From: an uncultured Acidobacteriaceae bacterium | GTDB lineage: Bacteria; Acidobacteriota; Terriglobia; Terriglobales; Acidobacteriaceae | DNA length: 64,000 nt | Assembly (NCBI GenBank): GCA_963783065.1 | Contig: CAWAMG010000004.1 | Span: 1,480,010 to 1,544,009, forward strand | Reading direction: 5' to 3' | In this document: positions 1 to 9,580 of the stretch, piece after piece | Numbering within the stretch: position 1 is the first letter of the stretch | How the letters are laid out: each line of letters opens with the position of its first letter | Program-made: the position numbers and the translations under genes | The notes under the pieces: generated by a model | The model's database searches: none | What the model was told of the DNA's origin: nothing | What the model saw: the letters and a program-made list of their open reading frames with translations, nothing else

Positions 1-411
1 GAAAATGACGATCAACTGGCAACGGTGTTGGCTGACAACATCGCCTGCGCGCTGGAGCGGCAAGAGTATCGCGTGAAGCCAGCGGCCCATGCGGCAACAG
101 CAGCACAGGTCGGCGCGGATGTGGCGGAAGTTTTCGTACCCTTCGTGGGACCTGCAATTCAAGTGGCGACAATTGGCGGCGCTTCTGAAGTCCTCAGGCG
201 ACAGCAGGAACAGAGCGGGCGGGTGAGCCTGCGATTGCTAAACGATGCGGGTTACGACATTCGGCAGGCGCCACTCGCGTGGTGGCGGCTGGCAACCCTG
301 AAGAATGAGCCCGTGAAAGCGCTTTCGATGCCGGATCGCGCCGCTTACCTCTATAAAACTCTTGGTGAGCATTGGAGCAGCGGGGCGCAAGAAACCTTAA
401 CGAAGCAGTGA
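1..411 (+). CDS. C-terminal part of an M48 peptidase-like protein with a degenerate Zn motif (5' end outside window)
   Basis: Frame 1 is open from base 1: ENDDQLATVLADNIACALERQ matches the M48 ELAAVLAHEIAH helix but has DNIAC where HEIAH is expected; downstream LLNDAGYDIRQAPLAWWRL resembles the M48 AGYDP motif. Confidence 0.55.
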   Translation, partial: ENDDQLATVLADNIACALERQEYRVKPAAHAATAAQVGADVAEVFVPFVGPAIQVATIGGASEVLRRQQEQSGRVSLRLLNDAGYDIRQAPLAWWRLATLKNEPVKALSMPDRAAYLYKTLGEHWSSGAQETLTKQ

Positions 412-467
412 GCGCGAGTGCGCTTAGACCTTTTGCAAACGCTTTACAGCGTGGCAAGCCGAGTGCT

Positions 468-641
468 TTAGCTAACAGAGTCTTTCTGCCGCGTGGCCTT
501 GACTGCCGAGAGGATACCCAGACCCACCATGACGATTGCGCCTACAGTAATCCACTGGGAGGGCACGTGCATGAGGTGCGCGGCGTAAGCGAGTCCGGCA
601 ATGAGGATGGCGAAACCGACAGCATAAATTCCGAATGACAT
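468..641 (-). CDS. 57-aa two-TM small membrane protein (below the ORF-track cutoff)
   Basis: Hand translation: MSFGIYAVGFAILIAGLAYAAHLMHVPSQWITVGAIVMVGLGILSAVKATRQKDSVS*; GGGAGA RBS just upstream of the ATG; two hydrophobic stretches; lies directly downstream of the Crp/Fnr gene on the same strand. Confidence 0.75.
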   Translation of the reverse strand: MSFGIYAVGFAILIAGLAYAAHLMHVPSQWITVGAIVMVGLGILSAVKATRQKDSVS

Positions 642-705
642 GTGTTCTCCCTGGGTCGTGGGCGAGTTATGGAGACGTGGGAATGGCGGATGGACCGGCC
701 TAATC

Positions 706-1473
706 TCAGACCGGTTTTCGCTGGTTGCGTTGGGTCAGTTTGGCCCGCTTGGCTGCTCCGGCCGGAGTTGGGGTTCTGTCAAGAAGTTTGGGCCGAGAAG
801 CATTTTCTTCGGGAAGGTTGTCGTGCAGGACGACGTTGAGCAAGGATCTGTTGACGCGGACACGGCCGTTGTACTCGATGTATCCGAGCTTGCGGAAGCG
901 GTTCATAAAAAAGCTGACGCGGGAGCGGGTGGTGCCGATCATCTCCGCCAGGGTCTCCTGTGTGACGACTGGGATGACCGCTACGGGCTCACCGGGGGCG
1001 CCGTATTCTGCCATCATCAGCAGAGTGCGCGCCAAACGGCGCTCACTGGAGTTGAAGAGCTGATCGACGAGGTCCGCCTGGGTGCGAATACCGCGCCTGA
1101 CGATGAACTGAATGAAGAAGTCAGAGAATCTGTGCTCGTCGTGCAGCACCCGGCGCATCTCGCGGAGCGCGATTTTGAGAACCACGCAAGCCGTGGTGGC
1201 GGAGGCTGTGGAAGTGTGGAGCGAATCTTCGGCGCTCATGGACTCTTCGCCGAAAAAGTCTCCCGTGCCAAGCAGCGTGACTGTAGCCTCTTTTCCTCTT
1301 TCGGAGACAACGGTTAGTTTTGCGCGGCCGGTGCGGAGATAAAAGACAGAGTCCGTGTGACTGCCCTGCGCATAGAGGATGCTGCGTGGCCTGGCCTCGA
1401 CCTCGGTTCGTCCAGCCCCACTGGTAGCAAGATAGGTTGCCGGGTCGAACGTGTTGTTGGGGACTTCATGCAT
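706..1473 (-). CDS. Crp/Fnr family transcriptional regulator
   Basis: cNMP-binding domain (LRTGRAKLTVVSERGKEATV, GDFFGE) plus HTH (VTQETLAEMIGTTRSRVSFFMNRFRK). Start trimmed from the track ORF (1713) to ATG 1473 (MHEVPN). Confidence 0.9.
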   Translation of the reverse strand: MHEVPNNTFDPATYLATSGAGRTEVEARPRSILYAQGSHTDSVFYLRTGRAKLTVVSERGKEATVTLLGTGDFFGEESMSAEDSLHTSTASATTACVVLKIALREMRRVLHDEHRFSDFFIQFIVRRGIRTQADLVDQLFNSSERRLARTLLMMAEYGAPGEPVAVIPVVTQETLAEMIGTTRSRVSFFMNRFRKLGYIEYNGRVRVNRSLLNVVLHDNLPEENASRPKLLDRTPTPAGAAKRAKLTQRNQRKPV

Positions 1474-1842
1474 GAGGCCTGTCTCTTTTCGGTGATGCAC
1501 CGATCGCGGTTGAGCCCGGTTTCCGAAGCGCGGGGCGGATCGGGCGCTGTGCGCCGCGCTCGGGCGCTTTAGGAAGATCTGTGTCTGCCCGATCTGTTCA
1601 GGAAGGCCGCCGCTCCTTGGGGTCGCGTCGGCTGTGCCTTCGTGGCCCTGAATACACCACTTCCGAAAGCGCTGTAGGCTCAGAAGGCACACACTACAAA
1701 CAAAGGATTTCAAAGCGCAGGAGGGATGTCTGAGCGTTATAGACCTACTCGTGCAGAAGGGCGAGGCTTGCGGATGGAGGAGCGTGTCTAAGCCGAACGC
1801 GCGGGATGCCGTTGCGTTCTGTCTCGTCTACGGCAGACTGTC

Positions 1843-2253
1843 TCAACTGAATACATTCCAGAAGAAAGCAAGATACACCAGGATTCCACTGATGAAGGCG
1901 GCCAACACCCAGGCAATCCAGAACAGCCATCTCCACTGCTGGCGAAAAGCTGCGAACTCGGCTACAGCCAGAAAAGCCAGGCAATAAGCCAGTTGCTTCA
2001 GGTCGCCTTGATATGCGCCCTCGCCTATCTTAGCGACTCCACGGGCAAGGTCTACGAGACAGCCCGCGCAAAGAGATGCCGGGACGAGCGCAAGCAGCCA
2101 GCACACGAGCCTTCGTCTTCCCGTGAGCTGGAGAACGGCAACGCCTGCAAGAAGCGCAATCAAGGCACATGCCAGGAAGTGCGCTGCTCCAACAGTCACG
2201 TTCGCGCCTCCCCGATGAGTCTGAGCGATTCCGTCAACCCAAAAGCGGTCCAA
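1843..2253 (-). CDS. Hypothetical four-TM membrane protein
   Basis: 136-aa ORF with four hydrophobic segments, directly downstream of rel on the same strand. Confidence 0.6.
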   Translation of the reverse strand: MDRFWVDGIAQTHRGGANVTVGAAHFLACALIALLAGVAVLQLTGRRRLVCWLLALVPASLCAGCLVDLARGVAKIGEGAYQGDLKQLAYCLAFLAVAEFAAFRQQWRWLFWIAWVLAAFISGILVYLAFFWNVFS

Positions 2254-2295
2254 ATAGAAGCACGCATTCGCTTGTGAGTGCTTCTGTCTGCGCGC

Positions 2296-4611
2296 CTAAA
2301 CCTTCTGCGAGCGCTGGACGGCGCGGACACCGGGGACGCGGCGCAGGCCGAGAACCATGCGATTGAGGTGGTGCACGTCTTCCGCCTCGACCACAAACTC
2401 GACGATGGCCTCGTCGTTTTCGGTTTTGCGAATGTCGACGGCGCGGATGTTGGTGTTGTCGTCGGCGATGACGGCGGTGAGCTCCTTGAGCATGCCGGTG
2501 CGGTCATCGCAGAAGACGGTGATTTTGACTGGATAGCGCTGCGAGCGCCCAGCGGTCTCATCGCCCACGCGGGACCACTCGACAGCGATGCGGCGGTCGC
2601 TCTCGTAGAGAAGATTTTGCACGTTGGGGCAGCTGCGCGCGTGCACTGCGACGCCCTTGCCGCGGGTGACGTAGCCCACAATCTCTTCGCCGCGGATGGG
2701 ATTGCAACATCGCGCGCGATAGACGAGCAGGTCGTTCTGGCCTTCGACCTGGAGCGAGTCGGAGCCGGTGAGATGGAGCTTGCGCACCGCGTCGGACATG
2801 CCGGCCTCGGTGCCGGGCTGCGCTTCGGGCGTGGTCTCCGGTCCGGCCGCTTCAAGAAAGCCGGGCGCAAGCTTTTTGAGGATGGAGTGCGCGGTGTGCT
2901 TGCCCGCGCCGATGGTGGCGAGCAGATCGGCAGCAGTGGCCACGCCGTACTCGTTGGCGATGCGACCCAGGTCCTGGTCCTGAATCTGGGTCATGGGCAC
3001 CTTGTACTTCCGCGCCTCCTTCTCGAGATGCTTGCGGCCGATATCGACAGCGCGGGCGCGCTGGTCTTCGTTGAGCCAGTGCTTGATCTTGTTGCGGGCG
3101 CGAGGACTCTTGACGAAGGTGAGCCAGTCGCGGCTCGGCTTGTGGTCTTTCTGCGTGACGATTTCCACGATGTCGCCCGTACGGAGCTTGGTGCGCAGGG
3201 GAACCATGCGGCCGTTCACCTTGGCGCCTACACAGGTGTGGCCCACTTCGGTGTGAATGGTGTAAGCGAAATCGACAGGCGTGCCGTCGGCGGGAACCAC
3301 AACGACCTTTCCCTTTGGCGTAAAGGTGTAGACCTCGTCGGGATAGAGGTCCATCTTCAGGCTCGATAGAAACTCGTTGGGGTCGGTCATCTCCTTCTGC
3401 CACTCGACGAGCTGGCGGATCCAGTTGAGCCGCTCCTCGTCGCGCGCGGTAACGGCGCTGCCCCCGGACTTGTACTTCCAGTGAGCCGCGATGCCTTCCT
3501 CGGCAATGCGATGCATCTCTTCAGTGCGGATCTGCACTTCGAATTGGTGGCCGCCCGCCCCCATTACGGTGGTGTGCAGGGATTGATAGCGATTGGCGCG
3601 GGGGATGGCGATGAAGTCCTTGATGCGCCCGGGAACTGGCCTCCAAAGTGTGTGGATGAGGCCGAACACCGCATAACAGGCAGCGACATCCTGGGTTATA
3701 ACGCGGATCGCGAGCAGATCGTAAACCTGATCGAAGGAGACTTTGGAGCGCTCGATCTTCTGGGCGATGGAGTAGAGCCGCTTGATACGCCACTCCACGC
3801 GAGCTTCGATGTTGTTCTCGCGCAGCTGCTCGACCAGCGTGTCTTCTACGCTGCGAAGAAACTGCTCGCCCTCCACGCGACGTGATTCGACGGCTGCAGA
3901 GACCTGCTCGTAGCTCACCGGATCGGTATAGCGGAAGGCCAGGTCTTCGAGCTCCCCGCGCACCTTGCCCATGCCGAGGCGATGAGCCAGCGGGGCGTAG
4001 ATATCGAGGGTTTCGCGGGCGATGGCCTCCTGGCGCTCGGGCTTCAAATGCTCCAGAGTGCGCATGTTGTGCAGGCGATCGGCCAGCTTGATGAGCACCA
4101 CGCGCACGTCCGAGACCATGGCAAGCAGCATCTTGCGTACGTTTTCGGCCTGACGATCTTCGCGGTTGGCAAACTGGATCTTGTCGATCTTGGTGACGCC
4201 TTCCACAATGTGCGCGACCTGATCGCCAAAGGACTGCTCAATCTCTTCGTTGGTGGCAGGGGTGTCCTCAACAGAATCGTGCAACAGACCGGCGGCAATT
4301 GCCGTGCCATCCAGCTTCATCTCCGCCAGAACTTCGGCAACCTCAAGAGGATGAATGATATAGGGCTCGCCCGAGGCGCGCTTCTGCCCCTCGTGGTGCT
4401 GAACACAAAACTCCCACGCCTTTCGAATCAGGGAGATATCTTCGTTAGGACGGTTGGCCTGAACCTGGCGGAGGAGAGACTCAAAGCGCCCGTCAATCAC
4501 GGCGCGGATGGCTGCCGGATCGGCCTCGGACGCAGGCTTCTCGACTTCTTTCTCGGAGTGCGAGAGCGGGCCGGAAACATCTGCCGGAATTTCCTGCCGG
4601 ACCGTTGCCAT
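2296..4611 (-). CDS. rel: Bifunctional (p)ppGpp synthetase/hydrolase (long RSH, Rel)
   Basis: HD hydrolase motif GLLHDSVED is intact; synthetase motifs RIKD, YQSLHT and EVQIRT; TGS domain (VYTFTPKG...DFAYTIHT), RARCC zinc finger and C-terminal ACT domain. Confidence 0.96.
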   Translation of the reverse strand: MATVRQEIPADVSGPLSHSEKEVEKPASEADPAAIRAVIDGRFESLLRQVQANRPNEDISLIRKAWEFCVQHHEGQKRASGEPYIIHPLEVAEVLAEMKLDGTAIAAGLLHDSVEDTPATNEEIEQSFGDQVAHIVEGVTKIDKIQFANREDRQAENVRKMLLAMVSDVRVVLIKLADRLHNMRTLEHLKPERQEAIARETLDIYAPLAHRLGMGKVRGELEDLAFRYTDPVSYEQVSAAVESRRVEGEQFLRSVEDTLVEQLRENNIEARVEWRIKRLYSIAQKIERSKVSFDQVYDLLAIRVITQDVAACYAVFGLIHTLWRPVPGRIKDFIAIPRANRYQSLHTTVMGAGGHQFEVQIRTEEMHRIAEEGIAAHWKYKSGGSAVTARDEERLNWIRQLVEWQKEMTDPNEFLSSLKMDLYPDEVYTFTPKGKVVVVPADGTPVDFAYTIHTEVGHTCVGAKVNGRMVPLRTKLRTGDIVEIVTQKDHKPSRDWLTFVKSPRARNKIKHWLNEDQRARAVDIGRKHLEKEARKYKVPMTQIQDQDLGRIANEYGVATAADLLATIGAGKHTAHSILKKLAPGFLEAAGPETTPEAQPGTEAGMSDAVRKLHLTGSDSLQVEGQNDLLVYRARCCNPIRGEEIVGYVTRGKGVAVHARSCPNVQNLLYESDRRIAVEWSRVGDETAGRSQRYPVKITVFCDDRTGMLKELTAVIADDNTNIRAVDIRKTENDEAIVEFVVEAEDVHHLNRMVLGLRRVPGVRAVQRSQKV

Positions 4612-5137
4612 GCTTAATTATAGGCCGCTTGGATTCCTGACGTATGAAGGCCGCGGAGATGCAGGCAGCACGCGACGAGAGTGTGGCAAGAAACCGCGGA
4701 AATCGCTGCTAGCCGAGTGTGCTGCGCGGACAAGTGCGGCCCCTCAGAGAGGAATGCAAGGACCGACGGTGAGCATTGCAAGCGCCACAGGATTCACTAA
4801 CATGCGTTGACGGAGGCGAAATCCGCAAGGGGGAGAAACTTAGGGGTTTGAGACAAATGGGTTAGGTTCGCCGGGCCTCTGGACTTAGGTGCGCGCCAGG
4901 AACGAGATAGCGATAACAGGTCCGCCCATGCAGCCGCGAATAGCAAGTTTTGTTAGAGGAAGTTAAGTACAAAAGTGTCATTAAAGATATGCTGCTTTTG
5001 CAATTGAATCTTAAGCTTTCCCGCGTTGGCCTTTCAGTGTTTTCGGGCCTCTACGAGTGTGCGCGCCGTCACAGCCCGGTGACTATCGAGGAGGAGTAGA
5101 GTCCCCTTCGGACTAGAGGTCCAGAACCGAGGAACTT

Positions 5138-5566
5138 ATGGTAAAACACTTCGCAGTTATCGCCATGATCGCGCTGTTTCCGGCAGGCATGAGCTGCGCA
5201 AATCAAACCACTCCCAAAGTTACGATTCCAATAACCAAGACGACGCCGACGAGCGGCAAGCAGATGTACACAAACTACTGCACACCCTGCCACGGCCAGG
5301 ACGGAAAGGGCCAGGGACCCGTTGCGAGCTCTCTGAAAAGCCAGCCAAGCGACCTGACCATCCTGGCCAGGACCAACAACGGCAAGTTCCCTGGCTCCCA
5401 CGTGACCGCAGTGCTCGAGTTTGGATCGAAGATCCCGGCGCATGGTTCGGCCGCGATGCCGGTCTGGGGGCCCATTCTTGGTAAGATGGACGTTACTGTA
5501 CCGCAGGACAAGCAGCTCAGAATCAGCAATCTGAGCTTTTACCTGCGCACGATCCAGGTTAAGTAG
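5138..5566 (+). CDS. Periplasmic monoheme c-type cytochrome
   Basis: Signal peptide; one CxxCH (CTPCH); distal HGSAAMPVWG with a probable axial Met; GAGGA RBS. Confidence 0.88.
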   Translation: MVKHFAVIAMIALFPAGMSCANQTTPKVTIPITKTTPTSGKQMYTNYCTPCHGQDGKGQGPVASSLKSQPSDLTILARTNNGKFPGSHVTAVLEFGSKIPAHGSAAMPVWGPILGKMDVTVPQDKQLRISNLSFYLRTIQVK

Positions 5567-5603
5567 GGGCCGGCGGCCCATTTGCTCCCGGCAGACGGAG
5601 CCT

Positions 5604-7088
5604 ATGAAGAAGCCGCGCAACCCCAAATCTACTCGACCTGGACTTGCAGAATCACGACCTGCCAAACTCCAAAAGGCGCCCAAGGCCGCAAAGCCGAGGG
5701 CGCCTTTTGAACGAACCGGCAAGCCTGCGATCGTTCGCAACCCGAAAGAGTCGCGCGCAAATCGGGGAGAGTTGTACTCCGAAGCCGGCGATGCGGCTTC
5801 GGCAACCCACCATAAAATCCGCCCCACCGGCCGCCAAGCAAGCCTCGAGCCAGGATTCAAATTGGGCGCAATCGTCAACCGCAGGGCAGCAGACCGTCTG
5901 CGGGCTGGTTCTGTCTGGGTGTATGCCTCGGACGTCGAATCGATTGAGCTGCCGAAGGGTGGCGACGAGGCTCCGCCAGCGCTGTTGCCGGTGGCGGACA
6001 GCCGTGGACTTTTGCTCGGGACCGGGCTCTACAGCCCCGCCTCACAGATCGCGCTCCGGCTGGTGAGCCGCGATGCTCTGGACGACGCCGGTTGGCTTGG
6101 CCTGCTTGCCGCGCGGCTCAGCCGGGCAGTCGCGCGCCGCAAGCCCATGCTGAGCGCAGAGACTGATTCCTGCCGGTTGTGCTTCAGTGAGGCCGATGAG
6201 CTGCCCGGGCTGGTGGTGGACAAGTATGGCGGGCTGGTTGTGATGCAACTGCTGGTAAAGGGCCTGGATTCCTCGGCGGTGCGCAACGTATGCGTCTCGG
6301 TTCTACGCGAAGAGTTGCATCCGGCCGCGATCATGGAACGGCCCGACCCGCGCATGCGGGAGCTGGAGGGACTGGCTGCGCCGGGCGCCGATCCGCTCTA
6401 TCGCCAGAAAGAGACCGGCAAGACAGCGAGCACACAATTCCGGCTGAATGGGCTGGTCTTCCACTTTGACGCGAACTCAGGCCAGAAGACGGGCGCGTTT
6501 CTCGATCAGCAGGAAAACTACCGGGCCGCGCAGCGATGGGCCGAGCAACTCGGGGCGACGGGGCGAGTTCTCGACGTGTGTTGCTACCAGGGCGGCTTTG
6601 CCTTGCACCTGGCTCAGATCGCCAAGCAGGTGACGGGAGTGGACACGTCGCGCGCGTCCCTTGAAGTGGCGGAACGGAACCTTGAAGCGAATCGCGGACG
6701 GATGACGGCGCAGGTGGAATGGGTGGAGGCGGACGCCTTCGAATTGCTGCGCGACTGGTCGAACGGGCACGAGAGCTTTGACGCAATCGTGCTGGACCCT
6801 CCGGCTTTTGCCAAGAGCAAGCGCGCCGTGGAGGGTGCGCTGCGGGGGTACAAGGAGCTGAACCTGCGTGCGCTCAAGATGGTGCGCGCGGGCGGGCTGC
6901 TGGTAACCTGCTCGTGCTCTCATCACGTGGGCTGGGCCGACCTTGAAGGCACGGTGGCCTCAGCCGCGGCAGATGCAGGCCGCCGCGTGCGCCTGCTGGA
7001 ACGGCGAGGCGCGGCGCTCGATCATCCCGTCGTGCTGACCTTGCCGGAGACCGAGTACCTGAAGTGCCTGATACTCGAAGTGGAGTAG
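5604..7088 (+). CDS. rlmI: Class I SAM-dependent rRNA methyltransferase, RlmI-like
   Basis: PUA-like N-terminus (SVWVYASDV), CFSEADELPGLVVDKY, QKTGAFLDQ, VLDVCCYQGGF, DPPAF catalytic motif, TCSCS. Confidence 0.88.
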   Translation: MKKPRNPKSTRPGLAESRPAKLQKAPKAAKPRAPFERTGKPAIVRNPKESRANRGELYSEAGDAASATHHKIRPTGRQASLEPGFKLGAIVNRRAADRLRAGSVWVYASDVESIELPKGGDEAPPALLPVADSRGLLLGTGLYSPASQIALRLVSRDALDDAGWLGLLAARLSRAVARRKPMLSAETDSCRLCFSEADELPGLVVDKYGGLVVMQLLVKGLDSSAVRNVCVSVLREELHPAAIMERPDPRMRELEGLAAPGADPLYRQKETGKTASTQFRLNGLVFHFDANSGQKTGAFLDQQENYRAAQRWAEQLGATGRVLDVCCYQGGFALHLAQIAKQVTGVDTSRASLEVAERNLEANRGRMTAQVEWVEADAFELLRDWSNGHESFDAIVLDPPAFAKSKRAVEGALRGYKELNLRALKMVRAGGLLVTCSCSHHVGWADLEGTVASAAADAGRRVRLLERRGAALDHPVVLTLPETEYLKCLILEVE

Positions 7089-7143
7089 CCGCGACGCGCC
7101 CAACAGGCGTGCGTAATCGAGCCCGGGTCAGGCAAACTCTTAA

Positions 7144-7725
7144 TCAAGCTTGATTGGGTGCGTCGTTGTGCGCTGCTCGCCGGCCAGGCCAGAAGAGCGC
7201 TGACCAGCGTCGGCGCCGGTTTGGCGAGCCCTGCCGGGGGTGTGCGCCGCCCGCGCGCAACTCGCTGAGAGTATCCTTGACCAGCGCGCGCAGACCCTCG
7301 GCCTCGAACGTGCAGGAGCGGATGTACCCGGAGACGGTGAGTCCGGCTTCGACTGCGCGCTTGCGCAGTTGGGCGTCCTCCTCGCGGCTCAAACGAATTG
7401 TAATGCTGGCGTCTTTGAGGACCTTCTCAGGAGCGGAATGGGAATTGAGGACCGCATCAGGCTCAGGAGCGGCAACATTGACAGGGGTCGAAGGCGCGGC
7501 ATCCGCCGAATCCGGAACGGGGTCATCGGCGCGGTAGCGCGCGTGGGCACGCAGCGCCTGCTCGTAGCTGAGCGTTGCGACATCTTCGGCAAGGAGCTCG
7601 TCGCTCCATCTCGGGGCCCGGGCCGGGGCACTGATTGGGGCGGCGCGATCCGCCTGCGATAGAGCGGCAAGGAAGCCCGCAAAACTCGAGGGGGTCGACG
7701 AAGCTGGCGCAACTGGACTCTGCAT
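7144..7725 (-). CDS. Hypothetical protein with a C-terminal ribbon-helix-helix (MobC/CopG-like) domain
   Basis: SITIRLSREEDAQLRKRAVEAGLTVSGYIRSC is an RHH-type beta-helix-helix pattern; start trimmed to ATG 7725. Confidence 0.6.
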   Translation of the reverse strand: MQSPVAPASSTPSSFAGFLAALSQADRAAPISAPARAPRWSDELLAEDVATLSYEQALRAHARYRADDPVPDSADAAPSTPVNVAAPEPDAVLNSHSAPEKVLKDASITIRLSREEDAQLRKRAVEAGLTVSGYIRSCTFEAEGLRALVKDTLSELRAGGAHPRQGSPNRRRRWSALFWPGRRAAHNDAPNQA

Positions 7726-7870
7726 GCCCTGGAAGATACTCCCCCTTGCTCCGCGAATCAGGGGTTTGTTGCTTCGATTGCCGAGGGCTCTCCCAAGTTG
7801 GATAAAGGCGCGTTCAGAATTCCCAAAATGGCGTCTGTACGAAAGAAAAGTGAGCGCCTTGAATTGACCT

Positions 7871-9253
7871 TCAGGCGACCGGCTCCGGAAGGATGCGGTC
7901 GGGCAGCGCAAGCAACTCCGCAACTGCCTCGGCGGTCATCGGCCGGGCAAAGAGGAAGCCCTGGCCGAAGCGGCAGCCGAGCTTGAGCAGAACATGATAC
8001 TGCTCGACGGTTTCGATTCCTTCGGCGACCACATCCATCCCCAGCACCCGGGCCAGCTCGATGATGGTTCGAACGATCTGGAGGGACTGCTCGCTCTCCG
8101 TGATGCGGCCGACAAACGAGCGGTCGATCTTGAGAACGTCGAATGGGAACGAGTGAAGATGGTTGAGCGAGCTGTACCCGGTGCCGAAGTCGTCCATGAG
8201 GAGGGAGACGCCGAGGCGGCGAAGGCTGCCGAGGACCTGCAGCGCGGTCTTTACGTTGGGAATAAGGCTGGACTCGGTCATCTCCAGGCCAAGCTGCCTG
8301 CTGGAGATGCCGGTTTGCAGAAGCAGCGTCTGCACATGGTCTGCGAGGCCTTCCCGCGAGAATTGCCGGGCTGAGAGGTTGACGCAGACGCGCAGGGTGC
8401 TGGAGCTTGGATTTTGGCGGCACCATTCCTGGATCTGGCTGCATGCCTCAGAGAGCCCCCAATCGCCGATGGGAAGGATGAGGCCACTTTCCTCGGCCAG
8501 CGGGATAAAGTCCATCGGCGGAATCAGGCCGCGCTGCGGGTGACGCCAGCGAATGAGCGCTTCGAGTCCGACAATTTTGCGGTTGGCGAGCTCAACTTCG
8601 GGCTGGTAGTGGAGAACAAACTGGCGCTGCTCGAGAGCCCGGCGCAGATCCTGGCTGCGCGGCCAAATCTGGCTTGCGTCGGTCGAGGAGCGCGCGTTGT
8701 GAAGCTGCCGCGTGCTTTGCGCAGCAAATGCATTGCGCAGCCGGCGCAGCTCCAGCTGGTTGGAAACCATTTCACCCAGGTTCTCGAGCATTCGAATCTC
8801 GTCTGGGGTTATTTCACCGCGTGGATGGCGGAAGAAGATGGTCAGGATCCCGAGGATTTTCCCGTCAAACGAGCGCACCGGAACCGCGGCAAACAGGGTC
8901 GCGCCGAATAGCCTTGGAAGCAATGCCTGCTGCTCAATCTCGGCAGCCTTGGACATAATCGAGATGACCAACGGGCCATTTTGGGCGAGAACCCTGTCAA
9001 AGATGGAGTCCTTGCGCGGCAGTTCCCGAAGGGACCGGCCCCAGGACGACTTGATCCAGATTCGGCTCTCATCGGCAAAACCGATTCCCGCCGAATCGGC
9101 CCGGAAGTACTCCGCTGCGAGGCGTGTAATGGCGTCGTAGCTGGGTTCCGGCTCGGTGTCCAGAATGCCGGTGGAGACGAGCGCCGTCAGGCGCGCTGCT
9201 TCCAACTCGGACTCCATCGTCTCGGTCGCCAACTGCGCTTTGGGCATCTTCAC
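7871..9253 (-). CDS. GAF-EAL c-di-GMP phosphodiesterase
   Basis: N-terminal GAF ([19 protein letters not shown]); EAL motifs all present: [50 protein letters not shown]. No GGDEF domain. Confidence 0.9.
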   Translation of the reverse strand: MKMPKAQLATETMESELEAARLTALVSTGILDTEPEPSYDAITRLAAEYFRADSAGIGFADESRIWIKSSWGRSLRELPRKDSIFDRVLAQNGPLVISIMSKAAEIEQQALLPRLFGATLFAAVPVRSFDGKILGILTIFFRHPRGEITPDEIRMLENLGEMVSNQLELRRLRNAFAAQSTRQLHNARSSTDASQIWPRSQDLRRALEQRQFVLHYQPEVELANRKIVGLEALIRWRHPQRGLIPPMDFIPLAEESGLILPIGDWGLSEACSQIQEWCRQNPSSSTLRVCVNLSARQFSREGLADHVQTLLLQTGISSRQLGLEMTESSLIPNVKTALQVLGSLRRLGVSLLMDDFGTGYSSLNHLHSFPFDVLKIDRSFVGRITESEQSLQIVRTIIELARVLGMDVVAEGIETVEQYHVLLKLGCRFGQGFLFARPMTAEAVAELLALPDRILPEPVA

Positions 9254-9580
9254 TCCGGCCCGGCCGAATGCGCGCGACCCGTTGGATTAGCCGGAAAAAC
9301 TGACTCCAGCCCGACCCTCCTCAGAAGCAGGAGCGAAATCGACCTTCTGGCCAGTTCATGGCTTCGGTGTTCGCGGGAAGCGCCCCTGAGAGCGCTCCAT
9401 GCGGAACGCCATTAAGGTCCCGCGTCTCCCTTATCGGGTGAGATTACGGAGGGCATCAGGTTACGGTGGGCCCATCCTTGCGAGTACCGGACCGGCGTGC
9501 TCCAAGTGACCAATACTCAACAATTCGCATGAATTGGTCACATTCGGAGCAGCTGTTGGAGCAGAGCTGGGCAGCACTGT

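Noticed and set aside
4620-5137. Riboswitch or sRNA in the AT-rich rel-cytochrome c spacer
   Set aside because: Only a short gtcac-N6-gtgac inverted repeat was seen; no recognisable aptamer or terminator, so divergent promoters are a sufficient explanation.
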